From IMG/VR virus record IMGVR_UViG_3300032893_000041, positions 241 through 64,240 of that record: a stretch of 64,000 nt of DNA; one strand, given 5' to 3'. Made by a program: the position numbers and the translations under genes. Of the stretch, positions 46,701 through 55,656 are shown piece after piece. The notes under the pieces are model-generated. The model did not search any database. It was not told the origin of the DNA and was given only the letters and a program-made list of their open reading frames with translations. Origin of the DNA: a virus (lineage: Duplodnaviria > Caudoviricetes). The number at the start of each line of letters is the position of its first letter. Positions within the stretch are counted from its first letter, which is position 1.

Positions 46701-46880
46701 ATGGCGATCGATGTGAAATTCCTGCCGCTCCACAAGGGCATCGCGATGGGGCTGCACCAAGAGACGAAAAATTCGGCGAACGCCGGACCGCGCTCGAACT
46801 ATGCCAAGGGTGGGGCGGTCTCTCGGCCGGGAAAGAAGGCGCCCGCATTCACGAAGAAGCCTTCGAAAGCCAATTGCTAA
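46701..46880 (+). CDS. 59-aa basic protein with YAKGGAV motif (not in ORF track)
   Basis: AGGAGG RBS; MAIDVKF...NYAKGGAVSRPGKK... Confidence 0.6.
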   Translation: MAIDVKFLPLHKGIAMGLHQETKNSANAGPRSNYAKGGAVSRPGKKAPAFTKKPSKANC

Positions 46881-46901
46881 CGGACCGGGAGGCGTGCTAG
46901 C

Positions 46902-47096
46902 GTGATCGAGCGGATAATTCAATTGCTCACCGAAGAGAGGTCACGGTTTTCCGTGGAGATGCTCAGCAAAGGTTTCAACGGCGACTCGTCCTATTTGGCC
47001 GGTAAGGCCGTGGGGCACGTGGCCGGCTTGAGCCGGGCGCTCGACGTGATAGCCCAGTTACTCTCTGCGGAGGAGAAAAGGGAGAAAAAACTCTGA
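46902..47096 (+). CDS. Small head-region protein
   Basis: 64 aa; GGAGG RBS; Y...VG...GL motif; lies between portal and GroES. Confidence 0.6.
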   Translation: MIERIIQLLTEERSRFSVEMLSKGFNGDSSYLAGKAVGHVAGLSRALDVIAQLLSAEEKREKKL

Positions 47097-47542
47097 TGTC
47101 GCAAGTCAGTCATTTGAACGTCTCCATGGGATATGATTCCTTGGAGGAGGCATTCCCGGACGTGGAATGCGGGCACGTCGCCCTAGGTACCACCGTCATC
47201 GTTCAGTTGCGCGTCCCAAAGTCGAAGACCAAGGGCGGCGTGATATTGGCATCGGACACGCGCGATACCGAACAGTGGAACACGCAGGTTGCCAAGGTCG
47301 TCGAGGTCGGGCCGGTTGCGTTTCGCAACCGTCAGACCATGCAGTCGTGGCCGGAGGGTGCGTGGGCGAAGAAGGGCGACTACGTGCGTGTGCCGAAGTA
47401 TGCGGGTGATAAGTGGCAAGTCGAATTCGTTCCGAAGGGGCGCATGCGCACTCAGGACGATGTCGCGATCTTCTGCATCTTTAACGATCTGGAATTAAAG
47501 GCCAAGATTCCGGACCCGTTGACCGTCAAGTCGTTCGTCTAG
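47096..47542 (+). CDS. groES: Co-chaperonin GroES-like protein
   Basis: KTKGGVIL, AKVVEVGP, KKGDYVRVPKYAG, IFND. Confidence 0.85.
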   Translation: MSQVSHLNVSMGYDSLEEAFPDVECGHVALGTTVIVQLRVPKSKTKGGVILASDTRDTEQWNTQVAKVVEVGPVAFRNRQTMQSWPEGAWAKKGDYVRVPKYAGDKWQVEFVPKGRMRTQDDVAIFCIFNDLELKAKIPDPLTVKSFV

Positions 47543-47559
47543 TCTGAAAGGAGACTGAC

Positions 47560-48573
47560 ATGGCACGTGAAGACAACCAGCCGGACGAGATCGAGGAAGA
47601 TGGCGAGTATGTGGACATTCCAGACGAAGAGGAAGCGGGCGCTAGTGCGTCTGCTACGGCTGACGCTGGGCGGGGGACTGCCGCTGCCGACGCTGGTGCG
47701 GCTGATGCGGACCGTACGGCGGTCGAGGAAGGTGACGAGCGTGAAGCGCGGCGCGAGGCCCGACGGCTCGAGCGCAAGCAACGCAAGGAGCGCCAGCGGC
47801 AGGCTCGCGATGCCAACAATACTGAGATACGCCAGCTTAAGGACACCGTAGCGGAACTGCGCGGCCAGATTGACGCCTTGTCGAGGCGGACGCAGGGGCA
47901 TGATGTTCAAACCGTCAAGCAACAAATGGCGATGGCCAAGAATGCCTACGATACCGCTAATCGGCAACTGGCGGCGGCACTCAAGGCGAACAACGGCGAC
48001 ATCGCCATCCAGGCATTGGCCAATCGCGATGCCGCGATTGATCACTACCGGCAACTGGAAGTGATCGACAGGCGCATCGCCGCCGTGCCGGATGCCAAGC
48101 CGGGCGTGCGGGAGAAGCCGCACCCCGACGCAGTCCGTGGGTACAACAGTTTTCGCAGAGATAACCCGTGGTTCGACCCTGAACTTAAGGACGAGGACTC
48201 GCGCATTGCGTTTGCAATCGATGAGGGCCTCGAAGACGAGGGCTTCGACATGCGGACCCAGGAATACTGGGACGAGCTGGAGGACCGCCTGCGGGAGCGG
48301 CTGCCGCATCGCTATGAGGAGGAAGGTTCCAACGGCAAGGCTAATGGTGGGCGCGCGAACGGCCAGGAGCGGCGCCGGGGCGGACCTCCCGTGGCGGGCG
48401 GGTCGCAGACCGGGGGGCAGCGCATGGAGGGGCGCAAGGGCGTCTTCGTGGCGCGGGAGCGCGTCGATGCGCTCAAGGAATTGGGCGTGTGGGATGATCC
48501 CAAGCAACGCGCCCGCTATATCAGGGCGTATCGAGAGTACGACAAGCAACATCAGCGGACTGAAAGGAGCTAG
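47560..48573 (+). CDS. Putative scaffolding protein
   Basis: Acidic N-terminus, coiled coil, NPWF, EYWDELEDRL; upstream of the capsid genes. Confidence 0.65.
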   Translation: MAREDNQPDEIEEDGEYVDIPDEEEAGASASATADAGRGTAAADAGAADADRTAVEEGDEREARREARRLERKQRKERQRQARDANNTEIRQLKDTVAELRGQIDALSRRTQGHDVQTVKQQMAMAKNAYDTANRQLAAALKANNGDIAIQALANRDAAIDHYRQLEVIDRRIAAVPDAKPGVREKPHPDAVRGYNSFRRDNPWFDPELKDEDSRIAFAIDEGLEDEGFDMRTQEYWDELEDRLRERLPHRYEEEGSNGKANGGRANGQERRRGGPPVAGGSQTGGQRMEGRKGVFVARERVDALKELGVWDDPKQRARYIRAYREYDKQHQRTERS

Positions 48574-48578
48574 TTATC

Positions 48579-49256
48579 ATGGGTAGGAAAGATGAAGATC
48601 GCCTTGGTAACGACCCGGACCGTCCGGGCATGGTAGAGCCTCTGGCGCCGTCGCTGGAACAGATGGCCACCATGTCGCCGCGCGCAGCGCGACGCGATAC
48701 CGGGCGCGATCAGACGCGGGAAGCAAACGACCGCGCCCACACCGAAGATCGGGAGGAGGAAGACGACGAACGGCTCGAGATGTTTATCTCAACGTTCCTC
48801 AACAACACTCTTCCGGAAATGCCGGATATTCCCGGCTACCATCTGTGCTGGTTGTCAACGACCAACACGAAAGATACGATTCACATGCGTCTTCGCATCG
48901 GGTATCAGCTTGTGAAGCCTGAGGAGATTAGAGGCTGGGAAACGGTCAAGCTGACGAGCGGCGACTACGCGGGTTACGTCGGGGTCAACGAAATGGTCCT
49001 GGCCAAGCTTCCGAATCGTCTGTATCAACGCTACATGCAGGCAGTCAGTCACGATATGCCGATGGACGAAGCTTCCAAGATGCGGTACAAGGTCGAGAAC
49101 GCCAACGAGAACGCTCGTGCGGTGAAATCGAGCGTCACTGACATTGACGGAAACATCGCTGCCATGGACAGGCATGCGCCGGTCCCGGATTTCAACGATC
49201 CGAACTGGAGACCTCCTGCCTACTACATCGAGCAGATGCTCAGAAAAGGAACGTAA
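48579..49256 (+). CDS. Conserved head-region protein
   Basis: PDIPGYHLCW...GYQLVKPEE...VGVNEMVLAKLP. Confidence 0.6.
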   Translation: MGRKDEDRLGNDPDRPGMVEPLAPSLEQMATMSPRAARRDTGRDQTREANDRAHTEDREEEDDERLEMFISTFLNNTLPEMPDIPGYHLCWLSTTNTKDTIHMRLRIGYQLVKPEEIRGWETVKLTSGDYAGYVGVNEMVLAKLPNRLYQRYMQAVSHDMPMDEASKMRYKVENANENARAVKSSVTDIDGNIAAMDRHAPVPDFNDPNWRPPAYYIEQMLRKGT

Positions 49257-49262
49257 TCCCAA

Positions 49263-49844
49263 ATGCCTTCGGTATCAGGTCCTTACGGGCTTGTCCCGAC
49301 GTATCATCCCGACGGGCTGATGAGGCCGCATCAGATTCGCCTGACTAAGGCGCTTGCTGAGGCGACGCCGACTCTCTATCAGAATCAGCCGGTTGCGATC
49401 GATCCGACGGGCAGGCTCGCCCAGGCGGCCAACGCGGCGGACTGGTGCGGCACCTTCCAGGGTGTCGAATACCAGGACCTCACTGGCCGTCCCGTCGTTC
49501 AACCAGCCTGGATCAACGGACAGCTCGTCCGCGATCTGGGCAACGATTCCGCGCGTTTCACTTTTACGCGCGACCCCTACATCGTTTACAAGATTCAAGG
49601 TTCTGCCGCAATGGCGTTCGACGACCTCGGTGAACAGGCGGCATTCTTGAACATCGCGGCCGGCAACACGACCACGTTGCTTTCTTCGGCCGCGCTCGAC
49701 CAGTCTACCGTTGCTTCCGGTCAGAACATGATGAAGATCGTGAACATCGATCCGAGTCCGTTCAACGACTGGACCGACGCCTTCCCGGACGTGCACGTTC
49801 AAGTCGCACGTCATCAGGAAGTCGCGGCTAAGGCCGGCTTCTAG
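49263..49844 (+). CDS. Putative capsid decoration/minor capsid protein
   Basis: 193 aa immediately upstream of the MCP; PYGL, GTFQGVEY, DPYIVYKIQ. Confidence 0.55.
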   Translation: MPSVSGPYGLVPTYHPDGLMRPHQIRLTKALAEATPTLYQNQPVAIDPTGRLAQAANAADWCGTFQGVEYQDLTGRPVVQPAWINGQLVRDLGNDSARFTFTRDPYIVYKIQGSAAMAFDDLGEQAAFLNIAAGNTTTLLSSAALDQSTVASGQNMMKIVNIDPSPFNDWTDAFPDVHVQVARHQEVAAKAGF

Positions 49845-49858
49845 GAGGGATGTAGACA

Positions 49859-50770
49859 ATGGCAACACCAATGCGGTCTACGGACTTCCGCTCCATCGTT
49901 GAGCCGATTCTCAACGAGGAGTTTGACGGCGTCTACGATCAGCGCGCCGACGAATGGAAGCAGGCTTTCAAGGAAGAGAAGGGGATCGAGCGCAACTACC
50001 ATGAAGAGCCGATGCTTTACGGCTTTGGCGCCGCTCCGGAACTTCCCGACGGCATGCCGGTCAATTATCAGGCCGGCGGCATCATCTTCATCAAGCGGTA
50101 CGTGTATCGCGTCTACGGACTGGCCTTCGCGCTGACGAAGGTCCTCGTGGAAGACGGCGATCATATTCGCATCGGTCAGATTTACAGCCGTCACTTGGCT
50201 CAGTCATTGATCGAGACCAAGGAGACGCTGTGCGCTAACATTCTCAACCGCTCCTTCAATGCGTCCTATCCCGGCGGCGACGGCGTGCCGCTGGTGTCGG
50301 CCTCGCATCCCATCGTCGTGGGCACGTTCTCAAACCTGCTCACGTCGGCGGCCCTGTCGCAGACGAGCGTCGAGCAGGCGCTGGTTGCAATCCGGAACGC
50401 GGTCGATCACAATGGCAAGCGCATCCGCTTGAACCCGTTGAAGATCATCAATGCGCCGGCCAACGTCTTCCAGGCGGAGACTATCTTGAAGTCGGTGCTG
50501 CGCACCGGCACGGCCAACAACGACATCAACCCGATCAAGTCGATGGGGCTGTTGTCGGGTGGGCAGGCGAACCTCGCCCGTCTTACTTCGGCCACCGCGT
50601 GGTGGATCGAGACCGACGCCGACCGGGGCTTGCAGATCAAAAAGCGTCGCGGACTGGAGAAGTCCATGGAGGGCGACTTCGAGACGGACTCGATGCGCTA
50701 CAAGTCGACTGAGCGCTACGACGAGGGTTGGACTGATCCTCGCTGCGTTTGGGGCAACCAGGGCCTCTAG
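49859..50770 (+). CDS. Major capsid protein
   Basis: 303 aa; strong AGGAGG RBS; GGDGVPLVSASHP, EGDFETDSMRYK..ERY..GWTDPR. Confidence 0.85.
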   Translation: MATPMRSTDFRSIVEPILNEEFDGVYDQRADEWKQAFKEEKGIERNYHEEPMLYGFGAAPELPDGMPVNYQAGGIIFIKRYVYRVYGLAFALTKVLVEDGDHIRIGQIYSRHLAQSLIETKETLCANILNRSFNASYPGGDGVPLVSASHPIVVGTFSNLLTSAALSQTSVEQALVAIRNAVDHNGKRIRLNPLKIINAPANVFQAETILKSVLRTGTANNDINPIKSMGLLSGGQANLARLTSATAWWIETDADRGLQIKKRRGLEKSMEGDFETDSMRYKSTERYDEGWTDPRCVWGNQGL

Positions 50771-50842
50771 ACGTGCTTATGGGTTTTGCCGGGGTCCCAA
50801 TAAAACCTCGGCTTCATCTCTAGCCCTTCATGGGGTAAATGG

Positions 50843-51607
50843 ATGACACACGTATCAGACGACATCTACCTTGGTAATGCCAAGCTAACTCCCGCCGATC
50901 CGCTGCCGGCGGCAGGCGCTGCGCCTCCCACGGGCGGCTTTGGCATCGGCCCGATGGGACGCATCTACGTATGGGACACAGTTCCTGTAGCGCTCAACAC
51001 GGCGGCCCTTTCTGCTTTGGCCACGCTGGCGGGCGCCGGCAACCTCGCTCTGCGAGCCGGCGTCGGCGGCGTGACTGCCGTCGTCAATGGACGCGGCGAG
51101 ACGGTTTATCAGTTCGACGTGCCGCGAGCAGTGTCGATCACGGCGGCGGCAGGCGCGACGACGCGCAACTATACTGTCACCGGCTACGACCGTTACGGCC
51201 AGAAGATGTCGGAACTCATTCCGAACGTCGCGGCTTCTTCGACCGTCAATGGTAAGAAGGCGTTCTATCAGGTCCTTTCGGTCGCGGTGGACGGCGCCAC
51301 GACCAATAACGTATCGGCCGGTTCGAGCGACATTCTTGGTTGCCCGATCCGGTTCACCGACTTCGGCTACATTATCCACGTTGGCTGGAACAACACCTTG
51401 GCCGACGCCGCTGGAACTCCGGTCAACGCGGACGCGACCGCACCAGCAACCAACACGGGCGATGTGCGCGGCACCTATACGCCGCCATCGGCGACCGATG
51501 GCGCTAAGCGGCTCGTCATGTCGCTGGCGGTTCCGGCGATTGCCGCCGGGCCGAACGCCAACCGTATCGGTGCCTACGGCCTCGATCAGAACTTGGCTGC
51601 GCAGTAG
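50843..51607 (+). CDS. Structural protein (capsid/head associated)
   Basis: 254 aa Ala/Gly/Thr-rich; DVPRAVSIT, TVTGYDRYGQ, GKKAF, TGDVRGT. Confidence 0.6.
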   Translation: MTHVSDDIYLGNAKLTPADPLPAAGAAPPTGGFGIGPMGRIYVWDTVPVALNTAALSALATLAGAGNLALRAGVGGVTAVVNGRGETVYQFDVPRAVSITAAAGATTRNYTVTGYDRYGQKMSELIPNVAASSTVNGKKAFYQVLSVAVDGATTNNVSAGSSDILGCPIRFTDFGYIIHVGWNNTLADAAGTPVNADATAPATNTGDVRGTYTPPSATDGAKRLVMSLAVPAIAAGPNANRIGAYGLDQNLAAQ

Positions 51608-51816
51608 TTTGATGCTCCCGCTTCAATATGCGACGCTCTACGTGTCGAGCGAGCATCGCGAGCTGATCTTGCGCCGTTATGGCAATATGACGCTTTATAT
51701 TGCCAAGGTGCACGGTCGCGAGTTGAAGCGGGAGACGCGCCTAGTGGACACGTTATGGAAATTGGAGTTGGGGCCTGCAATTCCAATGCTTTCCCAACCG
51801 CAGAGGAGATTAGTAC

Positions 51817-52107
51817 GTGGCTAAGAAGAAGGATACGGACGACGGTTTGTCGCAGACTCAATCCGAAGAGGGACGCGATGAGGCGTCCTTGACGCAACCG
51901 CTTGAAATGCCCGATCCGGCATTAGTTACCATGACCAATGCCGATTACAACCGGCTGTCCGCTGAACACGGCAATGCGCACAACATGTGCGAGGTCGTTC
52001 ACGGCAAGAGCCTATTAAAGGCGATCCAGCGAGACGGGTTCGTGGAGCTGTTCCTCAGCCCTTTACCGAGAACCGACGGTGGGGTAGGGACTCCGGCGGG
52101 GAACTGA
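51817..52107 (+). CDS. Hypothetical protein
   Basis: GAGGAG RBS, GTG start. Confidence 0.5.
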   Translation: MAKKKDTDDGLSQTQSEEGRDEASLTQPLEMPDPALVTMTNADYNRLSAEHGNAHNMCEVVHGKSLLKAIQRDGFVELFLSPLPRTDGGVGTPAGN

Positions 52108-52166
52108 GAGAACTCCTACAATTCTACCGGGACGTACTTGACATCATCGTGAGGAGAGCAAATCAC

Positions 52167-52385
52167 ATGGCGGACGAACTCAAGAATCTCCAGACCAACG
52201 CGGCGGCATTGAAGAGCGGTCTGACCGATCTGTTCTCGCTGGCCGATACGCTCAAGGCAAGACTCGACGCGCTGGGCAGTCAGACTTCCATTAGTCCGGC
52301 GGATGTGCAGGCGGTGGCCGACGACTTGGCGACTGACTTGCAGGCCGTCAAGGACAAGATCGCGGCCGATACGCCGTCGACTTAA
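52167..52385 (+). CDS. Small coiled-coil protein
   Basis: GAGGAG RBS; MADELKNLQ... Confidence 0.55.
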   Translation: MADELKNLQTNAAALKSGLTDLFSLADTLKARLDALGSQTSISPADVQAVADDLATDLQAVKDKIAADTPST

Positions 52386-52400
52386 GGCGATCGATCCAAT

Positions 52401-52429
52401 GGGCGCTTCTAACGGGGGTAGAAGCGCCC
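52401..52429 (+). terminator. Intergenic stem-loop
   Basis: GGGCGCTTCTA-7 nt-TAGAAGCGCCC perfect inverted repeat; no U-tract. Confidence 0.45.
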
Positions 52430-52445
52430 TATCAGGAGTAAATAG

Positions 52446-52757
52446 ATGAGCGCCAATCAGACAAGAACCAGAGGCGTACGCATCGCGGCCACGGGCTTCA
52501 TACATGCCGACGTGGCTAAGCGCCTGTGGGGCTTCTATGTGAACGTCGGGTCTGGACAGCTTACCATCCGGGATGGTGGGGCCGCCGGCAACGTCGTATG
52601 GGATTCCGTGACGGTCCTGAACCAATGGATTGAATTTACGGCGCCCATCGTCGCCACTCACCCTGGTCCGACCGGTGAACCCGGTTCTTCATTGGCTGGC
52701 GGCCTGCACGTCACGCTGGCCGGCGGCCTCGACATAACCTTTCAGGTGGACTACTGA
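52446..52757 (+). CDS. Small beta-rich structural protein
   Basis: AGGAG RBS; LTIRDGGAAG...GLHVTL. Confidence 0.55.
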   Translation: MSANQTRTRGVRIAATGFIHADVAKRLWGFYVNVGSGQLTIRDGGAAGNVVWDSVTVLNQWIEFTAPIVATHPGPTGEPGSSLAGGLHVTLAGGLDITFQVDY

Positions 52758-52759
52758 TC

Positions 52760-53977
52760 ATGGGAAAAACTCTCAAGTATGGAAGTCACGACTTTCCAAC
52801 GTCGTTTGGCTTCACTGGTTCTTCCGGTAGCGGGCCGGTCAAGGTCCGCAGTCACACCCGGACGCGGGCGGCGCCAAAATCCTCCCTGCCGTCGCCCGCG
52901 ACTTCTTCGGAGCGGATTCCTCCGCGCGGGGTGATGAAGAATCCGGCGGTGTTCGATGCCAGACGGTCTACCGGCGAGTCCGTCCTCCCGTCCGGCGTTA
53001 TGCACTCCAGTAAGGCGAAGGCGGCCTTCGGCAACACGCCCAGCGGGGGCGAGAATATTGCGCCCGCCGGCAAGTTGAAGTCGGTAAACAGTCTGGCGCG
53101 CGGCGGCAAGCTAAAGATCAAAGTAAAGAAGGGTGCGCTGCATGAGGAACTCGGCATCGCCAAGGACGCGCCCATCTCATCCAAGCGTTTGTCTGCAGCT
53201 AAGTCCAAGGCCAAACACACCGGGAACAAGAAGCTGTTGAAGCGGGTCGTTTTTGCCGAGAACGCTCGCAAGTGGAATCATGCTGATGGCGGGGCGGTCA
53301 CGCGCCCCGAAGTCAAGAAGATTGCGGACCGAGAGGTCGCCGTCCACAACCGCAACCCCAACGCTCATCCGAATATGGCTGGCGGTGGGCGGGTTCGCAA
53401 GCGCAATTATGACACGGGCGGTGCCGTCCCTTCGGCCGTCCCATTGGTGCACGGGAACAGCGCCTATCAGGGTAGTTCCGTGGACAACATCGACGGTCAG
53501 GCGCAGCAGACGGACCGGGCCGTGGACGTATATGGTCGCGGGTCGGCACCGATGACCAAGGAGGCTATCGCGGCGGCCATTTCCAACGCCATGGGTCTCA
53601 TGGGCGGCCTCGGACCGATTGAGACCGCCATGGCTACGGGATTGGAACGAGCGACGGGTAGCGCTCCGGGATCGCTCGGCGGCATCCAAGACGTGCCGGG
53701 CTACGTAGGCCCTAACCCAGCCGGGCGGACTGCGATAGCATCCGGAAAGGCTCTCTTAGGCTCGCAACAAGCAGCGGACCGGGCTGCCTCCATGGCGGCG
53801 CGGGAAGGCACCAGCTTCGGCGGCGGGACTGGCAACACGTCAGTGGCCGGCGGGCCGTCAGTCGGCGGCCTCGCCATCGGCAACGACGGGCGGGTGGCCG
53901 GCGGCATCAGGCGAGGCGGCGCCATCCGAAAGGTACGCGGCTTCAACGGCAAACCTTTAGTAGGAGTAGGAAGTTGA
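52760..53977 (+). CDS. Basic low-complexity protein with five GG motifs (putative internal head polyprotein)
   Basis: LARGG, HADGG, MAGGG, YDTGG, IRRGG; KKGALHEELGI...KRVVFAENARKW module. Confidence 0.65.
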   Translation: MGKTLKYGSHDFPTSFGFTGSSGSGPVKVRSHTRTRAAPKSSLPSPATSSERIPPRGVMKNPAVFDARRSTGESVLPSGVMHSSKAKAAFGNTPSGGENIAPAGKLKSVNSLARGGKLKIKVKKGALHEELGIAKDAPISSKRLSAAKSKAKHTGNKKLLKRVVFAENARKWNHADGGAVTRPEVKKIADREVAVHNRNPNAHPNMAGGGRVRKRNYDTGGAVPSAVPLVHGNSAYQGSSVDNIDGQAQQTDRAVDVYGRGSAPMTKEAIAAAISNAMGLMGGLGPIETAMATGLERATGSAPGSLGGIQDVPGYVGPNPAGRTAIASGKALLGSQQAADRAASMAAREGTSFGGGTGNTSVAGGPSVGGLAIGNDGRVAGGIRRGGAIRKVRGFNGKPLVGVGS

Positions 53978-54091
53978 CGCAGCGACAGGACGACATTCAG
54001 GCGCTGGGCAAGATCAAACAGCGTTACGATAATGAGGCCGGCGCGATGATCGGTCGCGCCATCCGATACTTGCAACGGTTGGAGGCCGAAG

Positions 54092-54268
54092 ATGCCGCTC
54101 AAGAAAGGCAGCAGCCAAGCGACGATCAGTCACAACATCGAAGAAATGGTGGAAACCGGGCATCCGCAGAACCAAGCGGTAGCGGCGGCGGAGAGGACGG
54201 CACACCCCAACTCCAAGAAGCCGGTTAAGAAGGCCAAGGGTGGTCTGATCAAGATGTCACCCTATTAG
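54092..54268 (+). CDS. 58-aa basic protein [16 protein letters not shown]... ending [12 protein letters not shown] (not in ORF track)
   Basis: GGAGG RBS; G.P..QAVA motif; GG motif near the C-terminus. Confidence 0.6.
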   Translation: MPLKKGSSQATISHNIEEMVETGHPQNQAVAAAERTAHPNSKKPVKKAKGGLIKMSPY

Positions 54269-54279
54269 GGGGACGATAG

Positions 54280-55365
54280 ATGGCGGCAATCTCCGTCGGA
54301 CAGACGAGCTTCACACTATCGAAGATGCTGGACCACGCGTTCCGGCGCTGCAAGGTGCCGGCGCAGAAAATTACCTCGGAGCTGCAAGCTACGGGCCGCG
54401 AGTGCATGCAGCTCATCCTGATGGACTTGCAGAACCGCAAGAAGCCGATGTGGTGCAAGGAGAAGCTGCTCTTGCCTATTTATCAGGGCGAGGCGGAAGT
54501 AATGTTGCCGGACGGGACGATTGACGTGATCAAAGCGTTTTATCGTACTGTGCCGCGCGTCGGCGACTCCTACAACACGTCGGCGGGCGGCACGGCGTCC
54601 CTGGCGGATGACGGCGATCTTTCCACGAGCTGCACACAGACGGCGCCTAACGGTTACATTTCGGTGCAGTCGTTCTCGCTGACCACCATTAATACGGTCG
54701 GTCTTATGCCGAACGGTGATCAGTTTTACAATCTCGTGTTCGAGGCATCAAACGACGGCGTCACGTGGACGCTGGTGCAGACGATCGATCCGCCGTTCGG
54801 AGAGGTTACGTCTTTCTATCCCGACAAGAAATGGGCGTGGTACGATGTAGTTTCGCCGGCCTCGGCTTTGTTCTTCCGCGTGCGGGAGACCAGCGGCGGA
54901 ACGCTGAACCTTCGAGAGCTGGTCGTGTGTTCGCAGCCGCTCGACACTCTGATGTATCGGATGAACCACGACCAGTATATGTTGCAGCCGAATAAAGTGG
55001 CGCAAGGGCGCCCGCTGCAATATTGGCTGAACCGTCAGATGGACAATCCAGTCATCACCTTGTGGCCACCGCCCAGCTTTGCTGAAATCCTGAATTGTCT
55101 GTATGTGTGGCGGTCGCGTTACATCGCCGACGTGCAGGACGTAAATCAGCCGATTGAGGTACCGCGTCGCTGGTATGAAGGTATGACGTGGAAGCTGGCG
55201 GACTCGATCTACAAAGAGCTGTCGCCTGAGATGACGGACCCCAGTGTGGCACCCGCCATCCTGGAGGGGTTGCAAACGTCATGGTCGCCGATGATGGCGG
55301 AGGAGCGAGACGATAGCCCGATCCAAGTAACATTCAATCTGCGCCGGTATACGAGGGCCAGATAA
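54280..55365 (+). CDS. Head-tail adaptor/tail tubular protein with inserted discoidin-like domain
   Basis: AFRRC N-terminus; PNK..QGRP.QYW...LWP.P; internal ADDGDLST...EASNDGVTWT...FFRVR. Confidence 0.6.
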   Translation: MAAISVGQTSFTLSKMLDHAFRRCKVPAQKITSELQATGRECMQLILMDLQNRKKPMWCKEKLLLPIYQGEAEVMLPDGTIDVIKAFYRTVPRVGDSYNTSAGGTASLADDGDLSTSCTQTAPNGYISVQSFSLTTINTVGLMPNGDQFYNLVFEASNDGVTWTLVQTIDPPFGEVTSFYPDKKWAWYDVVSPASALFFRVRETSGGTLNLRELVVCSQPLDTLMYRMNHDQYMLQPNKVAQGRPLQYWLNRQMDNPVITLWPPPSFAEILNCLYVWRSRYIADVQDVNQPIEVPRRWYEGMTWKLADSIYKELSPEMTDPSVAPAILEGLQTSWSPMMAEERDDSPIQVTFNLRRYTRAR

Positions 55366-55655
55366 TGCCTAAGTGGCTAGATACCACTGGCCGGACAACA
55401 CTAGGCATCGGCATCTGTGACCGCTGCAAGCGAAAGTTTTCGCTAGACGATCTTTATCCGGACCCGAATTCACCGGGATTGCGGGTGTGCGCCAAGGACT
55501 GGGACATCTACGACCCATACCGGCTGCCGCCGCGCGAGACCGAAGACATCACGCTTCCCTTCTACCGCCCGGATGAAGCCTTGATAGTGACAACGACACC
55601 GTCTCCGGTGGCGACCGTCACTGTGATCAACGGGAATTTCTTCTGGAACGTCTGA
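55365..55655 (+). CDS. Small zinc-binding virion-region protein
   Basis: GICDRC...GLRVC...DPY..RPD. Confidence 0.65.
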   Translation: MPKWLDTTGRTTLGIGICDRCKRKFSLDDLYPDPNSPGLRVCAKDWDIYDPYRLPPRETEDITLPFYRPDEALIVTTTPSPVATVTVINGNFFWNV

Positions 55656-55656
55656 A

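Noticed and set aside
53974-54228. 84-aa ORF from the track
   Set aside because: Its 3' half overlaps a better-supported ORF (54092-54268) with RBS and recognisable motif; left uncalled, though its 5' part may be real.
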